Positions 50,287 through 60,049 of a stretch of 64,000 nucleotides of DNA are shown piece by piece. Location: the NCBI RefSeq assembly GCF_011045215.1, contig NZ_CP049201.1; one strand, 5' to 3'. Below the pieces are notes generated by a model. That model had not been told where the DNA came from, made no database searches, and worked only from the letters and a program-made list of their open reading frames with translations. Source of the stretch: Escherichia coli. Its GTDB lineage: Bacteria; Pseudomonadota; Gammaproteobacteria; Enterobacterales; Enterobacteriaceae. The position numbers and the translations under genes were made by a program. Within the stretch, counting starts at the first letter, position 1. Every line of letters begins with the position of its first letter.

Positions 50287-50601
50287 ATGAATATCGAAGA
50301 ATTTATGAATGAAGAAAACCATATGTGCAATTTAGGCGAGGATCTTTTTTGCAAGATCTTCGAACCCGGAGCGATTTATGATTTGCCGAATAGCGATTTT
50401 AATAAAGAAATCATTTACTGGCTCAGTCAGTATCTTGTCGGAAATTTGAGACAACCTTTAGACGCGATCTCTGAGCTTGATATTTTCGAGCAGTTTTATG
50501 TTTACGAGACATGGTTCTCGCTAATTAAATGCCCAGATGAAATTAGAAATTTATCGAAACGGATAATTCGATATCAGATTGGGTTAAAAACCATTCTTTG
50601 A
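50287..50601 (+). CDS. Hypothetical protein (104 aa)
   Basis: ORF immediately downstream of alpA, 21-nt gap. Confidence 0.5.
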   Translation: MNIEEFMNEENHMCNLGEDLFCKIFEPGAIYDLPNSDFNKEIIYWLSQYLVGNLRQPLDAISELDIFEQFYVYETWFSLIKCPDEIRNLSKRIIRYQIGLKTIL

Positions 50602-50732
50602 AAGAACCTATATTTAGTACTATTTTGTAAATTGCATTGTTGAAATGATAGTGCTATTTGCTTTTTGATTTACAAAACATCTTTAACTTCTTTTAAAATA
50701 ATGGGTTAACTATTTTAAGTGAAAAGAAAGGA

Positions 50733-50762
50733 TTATAATATCCCTCTAGAGGGATATTATAA
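50733..50762. promoter_or_regulatory. 30-bp perfect palindrome upstream of the recombinase operon (candidate operator or recombination site)
   Basis: TTATAATATCCCTCTAGAGGGATATTATAA is perfectly self-complementary; lies about 130 bp upstream of the first recombinase gene in an AT-rich leader. Confidence 0.5.
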
Positions 50763-50893
50763 ATTTTCGGCCGGTATGCGTCATTGTAAAAGGGAATAAT
50801 ATTAAATTCAGGAAAATATATTTGTAAATTGCTTATGTTATATGCTTTATTTATTTTCACTGACAATTAAATGTAAATAGAGGCGATATTACT

Positions 50894-52156
50894 TTGAAAT
50901 ATAAAATAAAAAGATTGAAGAATAAAGATGGTATCAGAAGTTGCATTATTATTAATGAGAGCAACGGATTACCCTTGGTTTATTCTAACTTATATATGAG
51001 TGTTATTTCACGAACAAATAGCTATTCATTTTCAACAATGGAAGCAATAGCAAATGCTTTGCTTTTATTTGAAAGATATAATGCTTACATGAATGTGGAT
51101 GTTTTTGATATGGTAAATCCTGACATCGAAAAACTTGTCTCGAACAAAGGATATTTATTCGGGTTAATGAATGCCCTTTCTTACAGAAACGACTTAGAGA
51201 ATGTTACAAGCATTCTTAAAGAACAACATGTCTCTAAAAGAACCCTTTATTTCAAGATAATGACAATTGAAAATTACGTCAAATGGTTTTTTGATAACAT
51301 TGCTATCAATAATATTGATTCTTCTCGTTATGAAGCAATCAGTCGAGCATTTGATTTTATAAAGCCAAGAATAGAGAACGGAAAGAATTACAATATTGAA
51401 AGCGAAAGCAAATCATTGACAAATGAGCAAGTTACAACTTTGACTGATATGGTAAGTGTTAAATCTAAGATTAATCCATTTTCGGAGCATGTAAGGTTTC
51501 GAAATAATCTAATAATTAAAATTTTATTAGAGACAGGTATTAGGGGAGGGGAACTACTTAATATTAAGTTGGTTGATTTTGACTATGTCCACAAAAGTCT
51601 ATGCATAGTAAGAAGGCCAGATGATCAAAACGAACCACGATTAAGGCAACCATTGGTTAAAACTTTAGAAAGAAAAATACCATTGAGTATAGAATTGACT
51701 GAGTTAATACAGAATTATATTAGTGATTTCAGAGGTAAGCAGTGTCATGCAGGGGAGCATGACTATCTGCTTGTTACTCATAGCAGTAAAGGTCAATTAG
51801 GTCATGCATTAACTATTTCAGGTTATCAGAAAATTTTCGAACAAATTAGGAAAAATAGTAATGTTTTGAGCGATATTGTGGGGCATTCGCTAAGACATAC
51901 TTGGAATGTGAAATTCTCAGAAATGATGCTCATGAATTCGAACTCTCAGGAATATATTACTTATGAGAAAGTAAGAAATTATCTTATGGGGTGGAAAAAG
52001 AATAGTACAACCTCAGATATCTATAACCAAGCATTTATAGCACAAGAAAGCCGAAAAATAATGGCTGTTATTAATCCACTCAAAAACATAGTAGAGGACA
52101 AATCCAATGTTTCAAACTCTAAGAAAGCTACAAGAAAGTCAATATTCGGTTTTTGA
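50894..52156 (+). CDS. Tyrosine recombinase 1 of a three-recombinase operon
   Basis: 420-aa ORF (TTG at 50894; first ATG at 50996); conserved ETGIRGGELLNIKLVDF (box I Arg), HSLRHTW (HxxR) and ...SDIYNQ (Tyr) catalytic elements. Confidence 0.75.
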   Translation: MKYKIKRLKNKDGIRSCIIINESNGLPLVYSNLYMSVISRTNSYSFSTMEAIANALLLFERYNAYMNVDVFDMVNPDIEKLVSNKGYLFGLMNALSYRNDLENVTSILKEQHVSKRTLYFKIMTIENYVKWFFDNIAINNIDSSRYEAISRAFDFIKPRIENGKNYNIESESKSLTNEQVTTLTDMVSVKSKINPFSEHVRFRNNLIIKILLETGIRGGELLNIKLVDFDYVHKSLCIVRRPDDQNEPRLRQPLVKTLERKIPLSIELTELIQNYISDFRGKQCHAGEHDYLLVTHSSKGQLGHALTISGYQKIFEQIRKNSNVLSDIVGHSLRHTWNVKFSEMMLMNSNSQEYITYEKVRNYLMGWKKNSTTSDIYNQAFIAQESRKIMAVINPLKNIVEDKSNVSNSKKATRKSIFGF

Positions 52157-53432
52157 AACCAAGGATGGTAATTTCAAAGTGAACTTTTCTTATTCCAAGT
52201 GGAAGATAAGTGAAAGTATAACATTGAACATTGATTCTTTAAGAGTGGTCATCAGTGCATATATACCTATCAAAACCACTTTGGCATATTTCGCTATAAA
52301 TTATAGTGCCAGTTATACTAAGAAAATGTTTTATGCAGTAAAGCATTACATTAAGGCCTGTAATACGAATGATAGCTTGTTTTCTAAAGATTGCATAAAG
52401 TATTACTATAAAGTTGTGAGCTCATTAGATTACACACATGCAGAGACAGTCAAATATTTTTTTATGAAGATGAGTGGTCTTTACCCATCTTTGTTTTCGG
52501 CAGAAGCAATCATATTTTTAGAAAATATTAAAGTTAAAAAAACAAATGCAAACAAGTCTATAAAGACACATGATTATAAAAAAGGTCCCTTTAGTGACTC
52601 GCAATTAAAGGTAATTATAGATTCTGTAGCGATAGCTTATAAGGAAGAAAAGGTAAGTCTGTCAAACTATCTGCTAACCTTCCTTGTTGCATATTCCGGG
52701 CGGCGACCTATGCAAATATCTCAACTTGAAGCTGGTGATCTCTTTGCTTTTAATGGAGAGTACTTTCTCAATATCCCAAGAATTAAACAACGAAATGGAT
52801 ATAGAAAAGAGTTTAGAAAATTACAAATTCCAGAAGAGCTTTTTAGCCAATTGACATATCTCGTTGAAGCTGTGAATTCGCTGGTCAGTGACACATTAAA
52901 AATCGATTTAAGTGAAAAACAAAAGAGAAAACTACCAATTTTTATAAACACATATCCATTCAAAAAAGGATGTGTTGAGCTAAACATGATTGAAAGTGGT
53001 GGATTAAAACTTAACCCCTATGCCATAACACTAAAAATAAGGAACACTATAAATCGTTCAATAAATGAATATCAAGCCTATCTGGGGTGTATAAATTCGC
53101 GCAGATTTAGATATTCATTAGGCACTAAGGTTGCACAATTGGGTTATAGTCCTTCACTGATAGCAAATGTTTTGGACCATTCTTCAATCAATTCTGTTAT
53201 GAGTTATATAGAAAATACAGCGGAAAATGGCAAGAGAATTAATGAAGCTGTAAATGAACTAATGAAGCCACTGGCTAACAAATTTATTGAGGGAAAAGAG
53301 CTTCAGAAAGAGTTAGATTCTTTGAAGCATTTGATAGAAGAATACTGCGGTGGATATAAAACTAACTCTTTTGATAATACAGCAATATCGTTAGTAACTA
53401 ATTCTATCGACGATATGATCAATAGCATTTAA
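52107..53432 (+). CDS. Tyrosine recombinase 2 (divergent catalytic motifs)
   Basis: 441 aa; SD AGAGGA before ATG; AYSGRRPMQISQLEAGDL (box I), RRFRYSLG...LDHSSINSVMSYIE (box II-like with Tyr); overlaps upstream gene by 50 nt. Confidence 0.7.
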   Translation: MFQTLRKLQESQYSVFETKDGNFKVNFSYSKWKISESITLNIDSLRVVISAYIPIKTTLAYFAINYSASYTKKMFYAVKHYIKACNTNDSLFSKDCIKYYYKVVSSLDYTHAETVKYFFMKMSGLYPSLFSAEAIIFLENIKVKKTNANKSIKTHDYKKGPFSDSQLKVIIDSVAIAYKEEKVSLSNYLLTFLVAYSGRRPMQISQLEAGDLFAFNGEYFLNIPRIKQRNGYRKEFRKLQIPEELFSQLTYLVEAVNSLVSDTLKIDLSEKQKRKLPIFINTYPFKKGCVELNMIESGGLKLNPYAITLKIRNTINRSINEYQAYLGCINSRRFRYSLGTKVAQLGYSPSLIANVLDHSSINSVMSYIENTAENGKRINEAVNELMKPLANKFIEGKELQKELDSLKHLIEEYCGGYKTNSFDNTAISLVTNSIDDMINSI

Positions 53433-53447
53433 AAGAAGGATAAAGTG

Positions 53448-55052
53448 ATGAAAGAAATCCATGATAAAATGATTAATAACTTCATTATCGCTAATAAGGC
53501 CCATGCGAAAAATTTTGGAAATTTTGAGTGGGATAATTCAAGTTGGGGAGGCGGAATTACATTTTTTAGCGGAATCAAGGTTAGAATGGGGAACAAGAAT
53601 AAGAAATTAATGAATTATAACATTGCAGAGTTCGCAAAAGCATATGTATGGCATGAGTGCTTTCATGATTTATCTGTAGCTTTCAGAGTGCTGAGATTAT
53701 TTAGGATATTAGAAATTGCCATAGGTAAAACAAATAAAGAAGTTAAGATTTCAAGTATAGATCATAAAGTATTAGATGAAGTTATGACTATTGTTCAAGA
53801 AAATTTTGCAATATCCACTTCTTATAAAATATATTTAGATCTTAGGGTATTATGTTCTTTTATGTCTAAGAACGAAATGTTGCCAGAATCCATTACACGA
53901 TGGTCATATCCATTTAAGGCATATGATGCTTACACAAATAGCACAATGGATTCGATGGGAAATTTATCCAATCAGAAAAAACTTCCTGATGAAAAGGCTA
54001 TAGATTTTATTGGTAAAATATTTAGCTCTAATCCAGTTAATGAAAGGGATATATTTACATCTTCTATTTTTGCATTGCTCTTATGTGCTCCATCTCGAAT
54101 TAGTGAAATTATGCTTTTAGAAGAGGACTGTGAAGTTATAGTTGAAGATAGTAATGGCATATCAAGATATGGTTTGCGATTTCTTTCTCTGAAGGGCTTT
54201 GGATACAATACCAAATGGATTCCAGACTGTATGGTTTCTGTAGCTTCAAAGGCTATCATGCGATTGAAAAAACTTACAAGGAATGCAAGGGTTGTTTCTC
54301 GGTTAATAAAAGCAGGGGAAATTAATTTATACGAGTCATTAAACAAAAGTGCGTTTGATTGTTTAACAATTGAAGATCTCCACAAACTTGGCTTTGTTAT
54401 AAATCAATTAAATATCTCCCAAGAAAATCTAAAATTCTTGGCTAAGATAAAACATGGTACAGTCAGTGTAAAAGCATTTTGGATTTATATAGAGCGAAAG
54501 AATGTTAATTCTGAAAATATTAATGCTAATTTATGCTCCATAAATCATAATTTATTGGACTCTATCAAGGGTGCTGATATTTTTACAACAATTAAGGCAT
54601 CTTCAAAGTATTTTAGAGCGGATTTTCGCACCGATAATATGAATAACATATTTCATAGGAATATACATTTTAACTGTGATGGTTCTGTTTTAATTTTCCG
54701 CAGCCATCAAATTAGACATTTACTTAATACTATAGCTCAACGAAGCGTATTGTCAGAGATACAAATTGCCCAATGGTCTGGGAGAAGGAGTGTTAAGCAG
54801 AATTCAGTATATGATCATATGTCTCACAACGAGTTATCAGAACTATCAAGGAAACTATTGAACGGAAACACCTACGAAGAAACAAAAATTTCAGCATCTT
54901 CATTTAATGAACAATCGATTATTATGAATTTGATTAAAGATAAATTTGAAAAACTAGAATTAAAAATCCAAAATTCAGATCCAAGAAAAAGAAAATATAT
55001 TCTGGAAAAAATTAAAGATTTAAGATTGGAAATTGAATACATATTAATGTGA
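53448..55052 (+). CDS. Tyrosine recombinase 3
   Basis: About 534 aa (GTG-ATG at 53445/53448); CAPSRISEIMLLEEDC (box I), HQIRHLLNTIAQ (HxxRH), ...SVYDHMSHNE (Tyr). Confidence 0.7.
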   Translation: MKEIHDKMINNFIIANKAHAKNFGNFEWDNSSWGGGITFFSGIKVRMGNKNKKLMNYNIAEFAKAYVWHECFHDLSVAFRVLRLFRILEIAIGKTNKEVKISSIDHKVLDEVMTIVQENFAISTSYKIYLDLRVLCSFMSKNEMLPESITRWSYPFKAYDAYTNSTMDSMGNLSNQKKLPDEKAIDFIGKIFSSNPVNERDIFTSSIFALLLCAPSRISEIMLLEEDCEVIVEDSNGISRYGLRFLSLKGFGYNTKWIPDCMVSVASKAIMRLKKLTRNARVVSRLIKAGEINLYESLNKSAFDCLTIEDLHKLGFVINQLNISQENLKFLAKIKHGTVSVKAFWIYIERKNVNSENINANLCSINHNLLDSIKGADIFTTIKASSKYFRADFRTDNMNNIFHRNIHFNCDGSVLIFRSHQIRHLLNTIAQRSVLSEIQIAQWSGRRSVKQNSVYDHMSHNELSELSRKLLNGNTYEETKISASSFNEQSIIMNLIKDKFEKLELKIQNSDPRKRKYILEKIKDLRLEIEYILM

Positions 55053-55061
55053 GGAGATTAT

Positions 55062-55460
55062 ATGGCAAGAAAGTTTTATGATAAAGAAATAAAAGCTATT
55101 GTTAAACTTATTGAAACCTGGAGTAAGCCTGATTTCACTTGGGATTCTTTATGCGTGGCTTGCAAAAAAATTTTAGGTAAAGTACCTACACGGCAAGCAT
55201 TAAGCCAGCATAGTGAGATTGTCGTTGCGTATAGGACCAGAAAAAGATCTGGTATGGTTAAACGTCAAAATACGAAGTTACCCGGTAGCCTGAGCCTTGC
55301 GGCGAAAAGAATAGAACGACTTGAAAATGATAATTCGGCACTAAAATATGAAAATAATAATTTACTGCTTATGATTCAAAGAATGCACGAAAATGCTTAC
55401 AGGCATAATATATTGGCTTCTATTCTTGAAGAAGAATTTCCACAGAGAGCAAGAAAATAA
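55062..55460 (+). CDS. Small basic protein, fourth gene of the recombinase operon (possible DNA-binding accessory factor)
   Basis: 132 aa, starts 9 nt after recombinase 3; Lys/Arg-rich with predicted coiled-coil C-terminus. Confidence 0.55.
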   Translation: MARKFYDKEIKAIVKLIETWSKPDFTWDSLCVACKKILGKVPTRQALSQHSEIVVAYRTRKRSGMVKRQNTKLPGSLSLAAKRIERLENDNSALKYENNNLLLMIQRMHENAYRHNILASILEEEFPQRARK

Positions 55461-55545
55461 TATTTTGATAGGTTTTATCTATTGACAGGTGATGTTAATA
55501 TGGTATTTGTAAATATAGTCAGGAAGACAAAACTAACTTGCAAGG

Positions 55546-55983
55546 ATGCAATTTATGGACAAACAACACAATTTTCCAGTGGAAACACTGGAAGAGCAGC
55601 TTATTATTATCGTTGATAAATATATCTCAAAACGGTACCAGCCGGGCGATAAAAGTTTCTCATACCAGCTATACCTGCTTTTTGTTGGCTATCACTTAAA
55701 GTATTTCTACCCCAAAAAACTTTATACTCGCTCTAATCGCAACATAGACAACATTATGACAATGTTTAGTTCTGTATACAAATGTCTTACAAGTACTTTG
55801 TTACAGCGATTAAATAATAAGGAAGCTGTTATCAGGGAGCTAAACTCTCTCGTTAACTATATTGATAACAATCAAGAACGAGCAGAAGAAATCTTTATAG
55901 CTATCAAAACTCAATATGAGATAAAAGCAATAGAGAAAGAACTAACCCATGAAGTCGTTAGAGTAAAAAATGTTAGATTATAA
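55546..55983 (+). CDS. Hypothetical protein (145 aa)
   Basis: ORF ending at an intrinsic terminator. Confidence 0.5.
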   Translation: MQFMDKQHNFPVETLEEQLIIIVDKYISKRYQPGDKSFSYQLYLLFVGYHLKYFYPKKLYTRSNRNIDNIMTMFSSVYKCLTSTLLQRLNNKEAVIRELNSLVNYIDNNQERAEEIFIAIKTQYEIKAIEKELTHEVVRVKNVRL

Positions 55984-56010
55984 AAGCTCCCGAAAGGGAG
56001 CTTCATTTTA
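55982..56010. terminator. Bidirectional intrinsic terminator
   Basis: AGCTCCC-GAAA-GGGAGCT hairpin with flanking A/T runs between convergent genes. Confidence 0.7.
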
Positions 56011-56023
56011 CTAATTTTCTTTA

Positions 56024-56287
56024 TTAATAACTTCCTACTTGCCAGCCATCATCTGATTTTATTAATTTAACTGTTCCAGCTTGCTTTGTTCCGCTCATAT
56101 CCATAATTATATTGCACTTATAGCTTTTATCAGATTCTTTTGTGCAATCTACTTTTTTTACTGAAGTCAGATAGCTTCCAGTCCATTTTCGCATAGCTTT
56201 AAAAATATCATCTTGGGAAGGCTCACTACTACATGCAGTAAGAAGAAATACGGAAATAATAACAGCAAGGACCGAAGATATTTTCAT
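56024..56287 (-). CDS. Small lipoprotein
   Basis: 87 aa; signal peptide with lipobox LLTAC. Confidence 0.6.
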   Translation of the reverse strand: MKISSVLAVIISVFLLTACSSEPSQDDIFKAMRKWTGSYLTSVKKVDCTKESDKSYKCNIIMDMSGTKQAGTVKLIKSDDGWQVGSY

Positions 56288-56311
56288 TAGACTTAATCCT
56301 GATTAAGTATG

Positions 56312-56698
56312 TTACTGAAAAATGCCAGATTTTGTATTATTATTATCAGTAGAGAATGTCCATTTGCTGACAATTTCGCCTTTAAAATCTATTTCAAGAG
56401 TTTTGGACTGAGTCTGTGAACCACCAGTTAGTAGCCCAACTACAGGAATGAAAGTCGAGGCATTGAACTGATTGTTATACATAAAATATCTCCATTGCTC
56501 GTTGCCATCATCAAGAGTCGTTCTTGTATCTGGTTCACCTAACTTAGCGAGTAGCTCGTTCTTAGTAGTCTTGTTTTTAATGATCTTTGACTGAAGACTT
56601 TGTGCAGTTTCATTTTCAATTTGTTGGTTCCCGGATGTTGAGCAGCCAGAAATTAAAAATATTGCAATGAAAAAGGCGGTAACAATAGATTTATTCAT
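56312..56698 (-). CDS. Lipoprotein
   Basis: 128 aa; signal peptide with lipobox LISGC. Confidence 0.6.
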   Translation of the reverse strand: MNKSIVTAFFIAIFLISGCSTSGNQQIENETAQSLQSKIIKNKTTKNELLAKLGEPDTRTTLDDGNEQWRYFMYNNQFNASTFIPVVGLLTGGSQTQSKTLEIDFKGEIVSKWTFSTDNNNTKSGIFQ

Positions 56699-56727
56699 TC
56701 TATCTTCCTTATTATATTTGGTCAGGG

Positions 56728-57006
56728 TTAACTTTTATGTGTGAAAACGGCTCTGTGGGCAAATTTCTTGCGTAAATAAAATCTTAAAGAAATTGCTGAG
56801 GCAAAATAGATAACGACAGTTAATATAAAACTTTGACTGATAGCGAATATGAAGAAAGCAATTACTAACAGCACAATTCCTATGAGTAAAGCTAACCAGG
56901 CCGAAGGTTCACCATAATTTATTGTTGCGTGACAGCCGATACAGACACGAACTCCGAACGGACTCTCTTTGAAGCAGAACGGGCACTTAATGGTCTCTTT
57001 ACTCAT
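56728..57006 (-). CDS. Small membrane protein with N-terminal zinc-ribbon
   Basis: 92 aa; CPFC...CIGCH then one hydrophobic helix. Confidence 0.5.
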   Translation of the reverse strand: MSKETIKCPFCFKESPFGVRVCIGCHATINYGEPSAWLALLIGIVLLVIAFFIFAISQSFILTVVIYFASAISLRFYLRKKFAHRAVFTHKS

Positions 57007-57259
57007 ACAAACTCCGTTTATTCAACAGGTTCCTGATACTACAAATTGTTTAAAAATCATCAGGTTCTTTTCAGGGATTCTCGATGAATAATTATCTTTA
57101 GTAAAATCACTTGTACCGATCGATGTTTGAATCATGATAGGTAAAAACTATCATAACTAGATTATCGATCTGTATTAACGATCAATAATTTCTTGACATA
57201 ATATAAATTAGTTACTGTATAGTTAAGAGTGTTTGAGAATAATCAATACAAGTAATTGT

Positions 57260-58405
57260 CTATAAACGAATTTTTATCGCCTTGTTTAAAGGTTTCATTG
57301 CGTAGATATTTGAGAAGGTCGTGTGTGTTTTGTGAAGAATGGTCTTACCAAAGCTTCTCAGAAGCTCGATGTAATGCTTTATGGAAGCAAGCCACTCTAC
57401 GAATCTGAGATGCTTTTGCCGTTGTACTGCATTTTTTTGAAGAATCTTTCCTACGATTTCGTTTCGTTTGTCTTCTCTAAGCCGTAATTCCAGTTCTGCA
57501 ATTTTTTCAACGATACTTTCCTTTCTCTCAGTGGTTTTCAACACTGTTGCAGGAGCAGGAGCAGCAGGTTGGTCTTTTGTCGATATGTCGCTTCGTAGAG
57601 CTTCTAAGTGGTCGGGGTTGTAGTTAAGCCGATTACTGAGATTTGCCCAGGAGTAGCTCTTGCCCAATTGTGAAGCTTTGAAAGCTATGCCTGTGTATTC
57701 GAAAGAGAAGCCGTTCATTTTACCGGTAGAGGCAATATTGGCCTTCCAAGATACTTCAGCTTCTTCCAGCCTCTTGATAAAAGTTAGAAGGTCCGGCTTA
57801 TCAGATAAACTTTTATCAAGTATCTGCTGCAGAGCTTCTCTTGGTGAAAGCACCCCGGTTCGTTCCGATAGCATTTTCTCATTACGGGACACTCTCTTCC
57901 GCTTCGGTTGTGCTTGCGAGGGGGGAGATGCAGTTTTGGTCACTGTCAGGCCATGAGCGATTTCGAGTTTACTGATGATCTGTGTGCTGATGAGGTTTTC
58001 GTTCCTACCCAAGTAGAGCTTCCCACCATTGAGATCTATGCGACTTGCGATAATGTGTATGTGCTGGCCATCGTCGTCATGAAGCACATAGCAACGAAGG
58101 TGAGTATCCCTGAACCCCATCCTCTTCATGTAGTCATCTGCGATAATGGACCACTGTTCATTCGTTAGTGTTTCACCGTCGGGTAAGCGAAGTGAGTTGT
58201 GCCAAACGGGTTTTGCGACATCTAGGCGAAGATGCTTGGTGCTATCGAATTCAGCGATCATTTCAACGGCTGAATCACTTAACATGTTCCCGCCAATGAC
58301 GACTGGATCGCTTTTGTGGTGTGCTCCCGATTGTAATACATAACGAACAACACCAGCGAAGCTCTTACCCCTCTTGATCTTCCGCATACCCTTCACGAGG
58401 GACAC
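57260..58405 (-). CDS. Mobilisation relaxase (MobA/VirD2-like nuclease domain)
   Basis: 381 aa; three-histidine relaxase motif HDDDGQHIHIIASRIDL; immediately downstream of a MobC-like gene. Confidence 0.75.
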   Translation of the reverse strand: MSLVKGMRKIKRGKSFAGVVRYVLQSGAHHKSDPVVIGGNMLSDSAVEMIAEFDSTKHLRLDVAKPVWHNSLRLPDGETLTNEQWSIIADDYMKRMGFRDTHLRCYVLHDDDGQHIHIIASRIDLNGGKLYLGRNENLISTQIISKLEIAHGLTVTKTASPPSQAQPKRKRVSRNEKMLSERTGVLSPREALQQILDKSLSDKPDLLTFIKRLEEAEVSWKANIASTGKMNGFSFEYTGIAFKASQLGKSYSWANLSNRLNYNPDHLEALRSDISTKDQPAAPAPATVLKTTERKESIVEKIAELELRLREDKRNEIVGKILQKNAVQRQKHLRFVEWLASIKHYIELLRSFGKTILHKTHTTFSNIYAMKPLNKAIKIRL

Positions 58406-58739
58406 TCCAAAAATCTGTTCTTAACAAGTTGTGACGAAGCTCTTCAAGTTGTCGCTTCACAGCGAAAAGCTCTGTATGAGTAAGCTGGCTATCTTTACTC
58501 TTACTGTCGATATGGAGAGCAATACGATTCAACTTTTGTGATATGTCAGACAATTTTTTCCAGGCTTCAGTATTAATTGTCGGTACTACTGGTGGCAGGT
58601 TTTGCAGAAATGACATGCGGAGCCATTCACCTTTACTTTTATTACCTCGTTTTATATTTAAAATCTGTAATTCATTGTTGTTGAGTCGAACACTTATACA
58701 ATGTATTCTAATTCTGTCATCTAATCTTAATTTAGCCAT
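58365..58739 (-). CDS. MobC-family relaxosome accessory protein
   Basis: 124 aa; overlaps relaxase start by 41 nt; sequence pattern typical of MobC. Confidence 0.65.
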   Translation of the reverse strand: MAKLRLDDRIRIHCISVRLNNNELQILNIKRGNKSKGEWLRMSFLQNLPPVVPTINTEAWKKLSDISQKLNRIALHIDSKSKDSQLTHTELFAVKRQLEELRHNLLRTDFWSVPREGYAEDQEG

Positions 58740-58885
58740 ATAAGTTCCTTTTATATGATTTAATATGATTAATGATAGTTATTATTTCCCATTAGTCAAT
58801 AGCAGAACGGTTTTGATATATGGGTTTAATGTGCTAAAAATAAATCTCTCTGAAATAAAGTATTCAAAGATTCCCTAAATTAAAA
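58740..58885 (-). promoter_or_regulatory. Candidate oriT / mob promoter region (inferred from position only)
   Basis: AT-rich 146-bp gap upstream of mobC with short direct repeats (ATATGATT TAAT ATGATT AATGAT). Confidence 0.3.
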
Positions 58886-60049
58886 TTAAGGATGATCTAT
58901 TGAAACAAACTTTTGACTAAACTCCAGCCATCTTGCATTATCAACATCCTTCACAAAAGCAATCAGACCTGCGACATGATTGTAAAAGCCAATTGGAGAG
59001 TCAAATTTTTCATGTCTTGCAACTTCTGAGAGACCAAATTTTTTTATTGAGTAAAGGTGGCGTTCAATACGTTTATAAGTTTGTTTAGATAATCGAGGGA
59101 CATTGCCATCAACAAGTAATCCTAAAACTATTTTTTTTGAACCAGGTCCAGCTACTCTTATTTTGCTTACGTTTTCTTTGAAATGGTGCTTACGAATGAT
59201 GCTGATAATGTTATTTTGTATTTTTCCAACCGAAACACCGTCGGGTAGAGTACCACCGCAGGATAATGTTATATCATCAGCATATCGAGTATAAGTGAAG
59301 CCATATTTATTAGCATATTCAGATAGAGAAATATCTAACTTTACAGTGGCTAAATTACTAAGCATTGGGCTACTCGGTGCCCCTTGAGGTAGCACTCCTA
59401 ACGGCCATGGTTCTGATATGTCCCAAAAAAGGCTCTTCTCTTTATTTTGTCCGTAAAGCTTATATTCCTTAGTTGAGTGCTTAGGAACAGAAATTAGAGA
59501 TTGTAAATGTTGTGGTAAACGTATAGTTGTGCATAGCCTTGATAGTTCAAATGCTATTAATGGCCGATATCCAGCATTTTTAAAAACCATATAAACATCA
59601 GATTCATTTATTGAATAAAAGAAATCGGAAATGTCGAATTGGAAGAGCCATTTAGCACCACAATGCTGTTCTGCACATTTTCTGATGCCACCATTAGGAT
59701 GGAAAGCAAAAGAAGTATTATGGGGAACTAACTTTTTTAATATTTCACTATTGATGAAATGCTGTACTTTAAATATCTCGCCAGTTACAGCATGAATATG
59801 GCGTCTTCCACCTGAACGTTTTTTTATAGCAAACATGCGATAATTTGCTGATTCACGGCGGCGTGATACAGTGGATCGTAGCAAGCGATAATCAACACCA
59901 GTAATTTTTGAAAGATGGCGTAATGTAAAAATTACAGGGAGATTATTTTTCTTCAGATTACTTGCATAATTTCTTAAGTTTAGAGCCTGTGTCTTCCCTA
60001 AGGATGACTCTGCATTTTGATAAAGTTGGTGTGCTGACCAGATTTCCAT
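58886..60049 (-). CDS. Retron-type reverse transcriptase
   Basis: 387 aa; RT motifs FQFDISDFF (A), LPQGAPSSP (B'), YTRYADDITLS (C); by-eye alignment to remembered retron Ec86 RT (QGAPSSP.LANL...YTRYADDLTLS, IDLEDFFPS); C-terminal VLGLLV in place of the retron VTG. Confidence 0.85.
   Translation of the reverse strand: MEIWSAHQLYQNAESSLGKTQALNLRNYASNLKKNNLPVIFTLRHLSKITGVDYRLLRSTVSRRRESANYRMFAIKKRSGGRRHIHAVTGEIFKVQHFINSEILKKLVPHNTSFAFHPNGGIRKCAEQHCGAKWLFQFDISDFFYSINESDVYMVFKNAGYRPLIAFELSRLCTTIRLPQHLQSLISVPKHSTKEYKLYGQNKEKSLFWDISEPWPLGVLPQGAPSSPMLSNLATVKLDISLSEYANKYGFTYTRYADDITLSCGGTLPDGVSVGKIQNNIISIIRKHHFKENVSKIRVAGPGSKKIVLGLLVDGNVPRLSKQTYKRIERHLYSIKKFGLSEVARHEKFDSPIGFYNHVAGLIAFVKDVDNARWLEFSQKFVSIDHP

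Noticed and set aside
59700-59790. VTG tripeptide near the RT N-terminus as the retron VTG motif
   Set aside because: It lies in the wrong place; the position equivalent to the retron VTG (after motif C) reads VLG, so no claim is based on it
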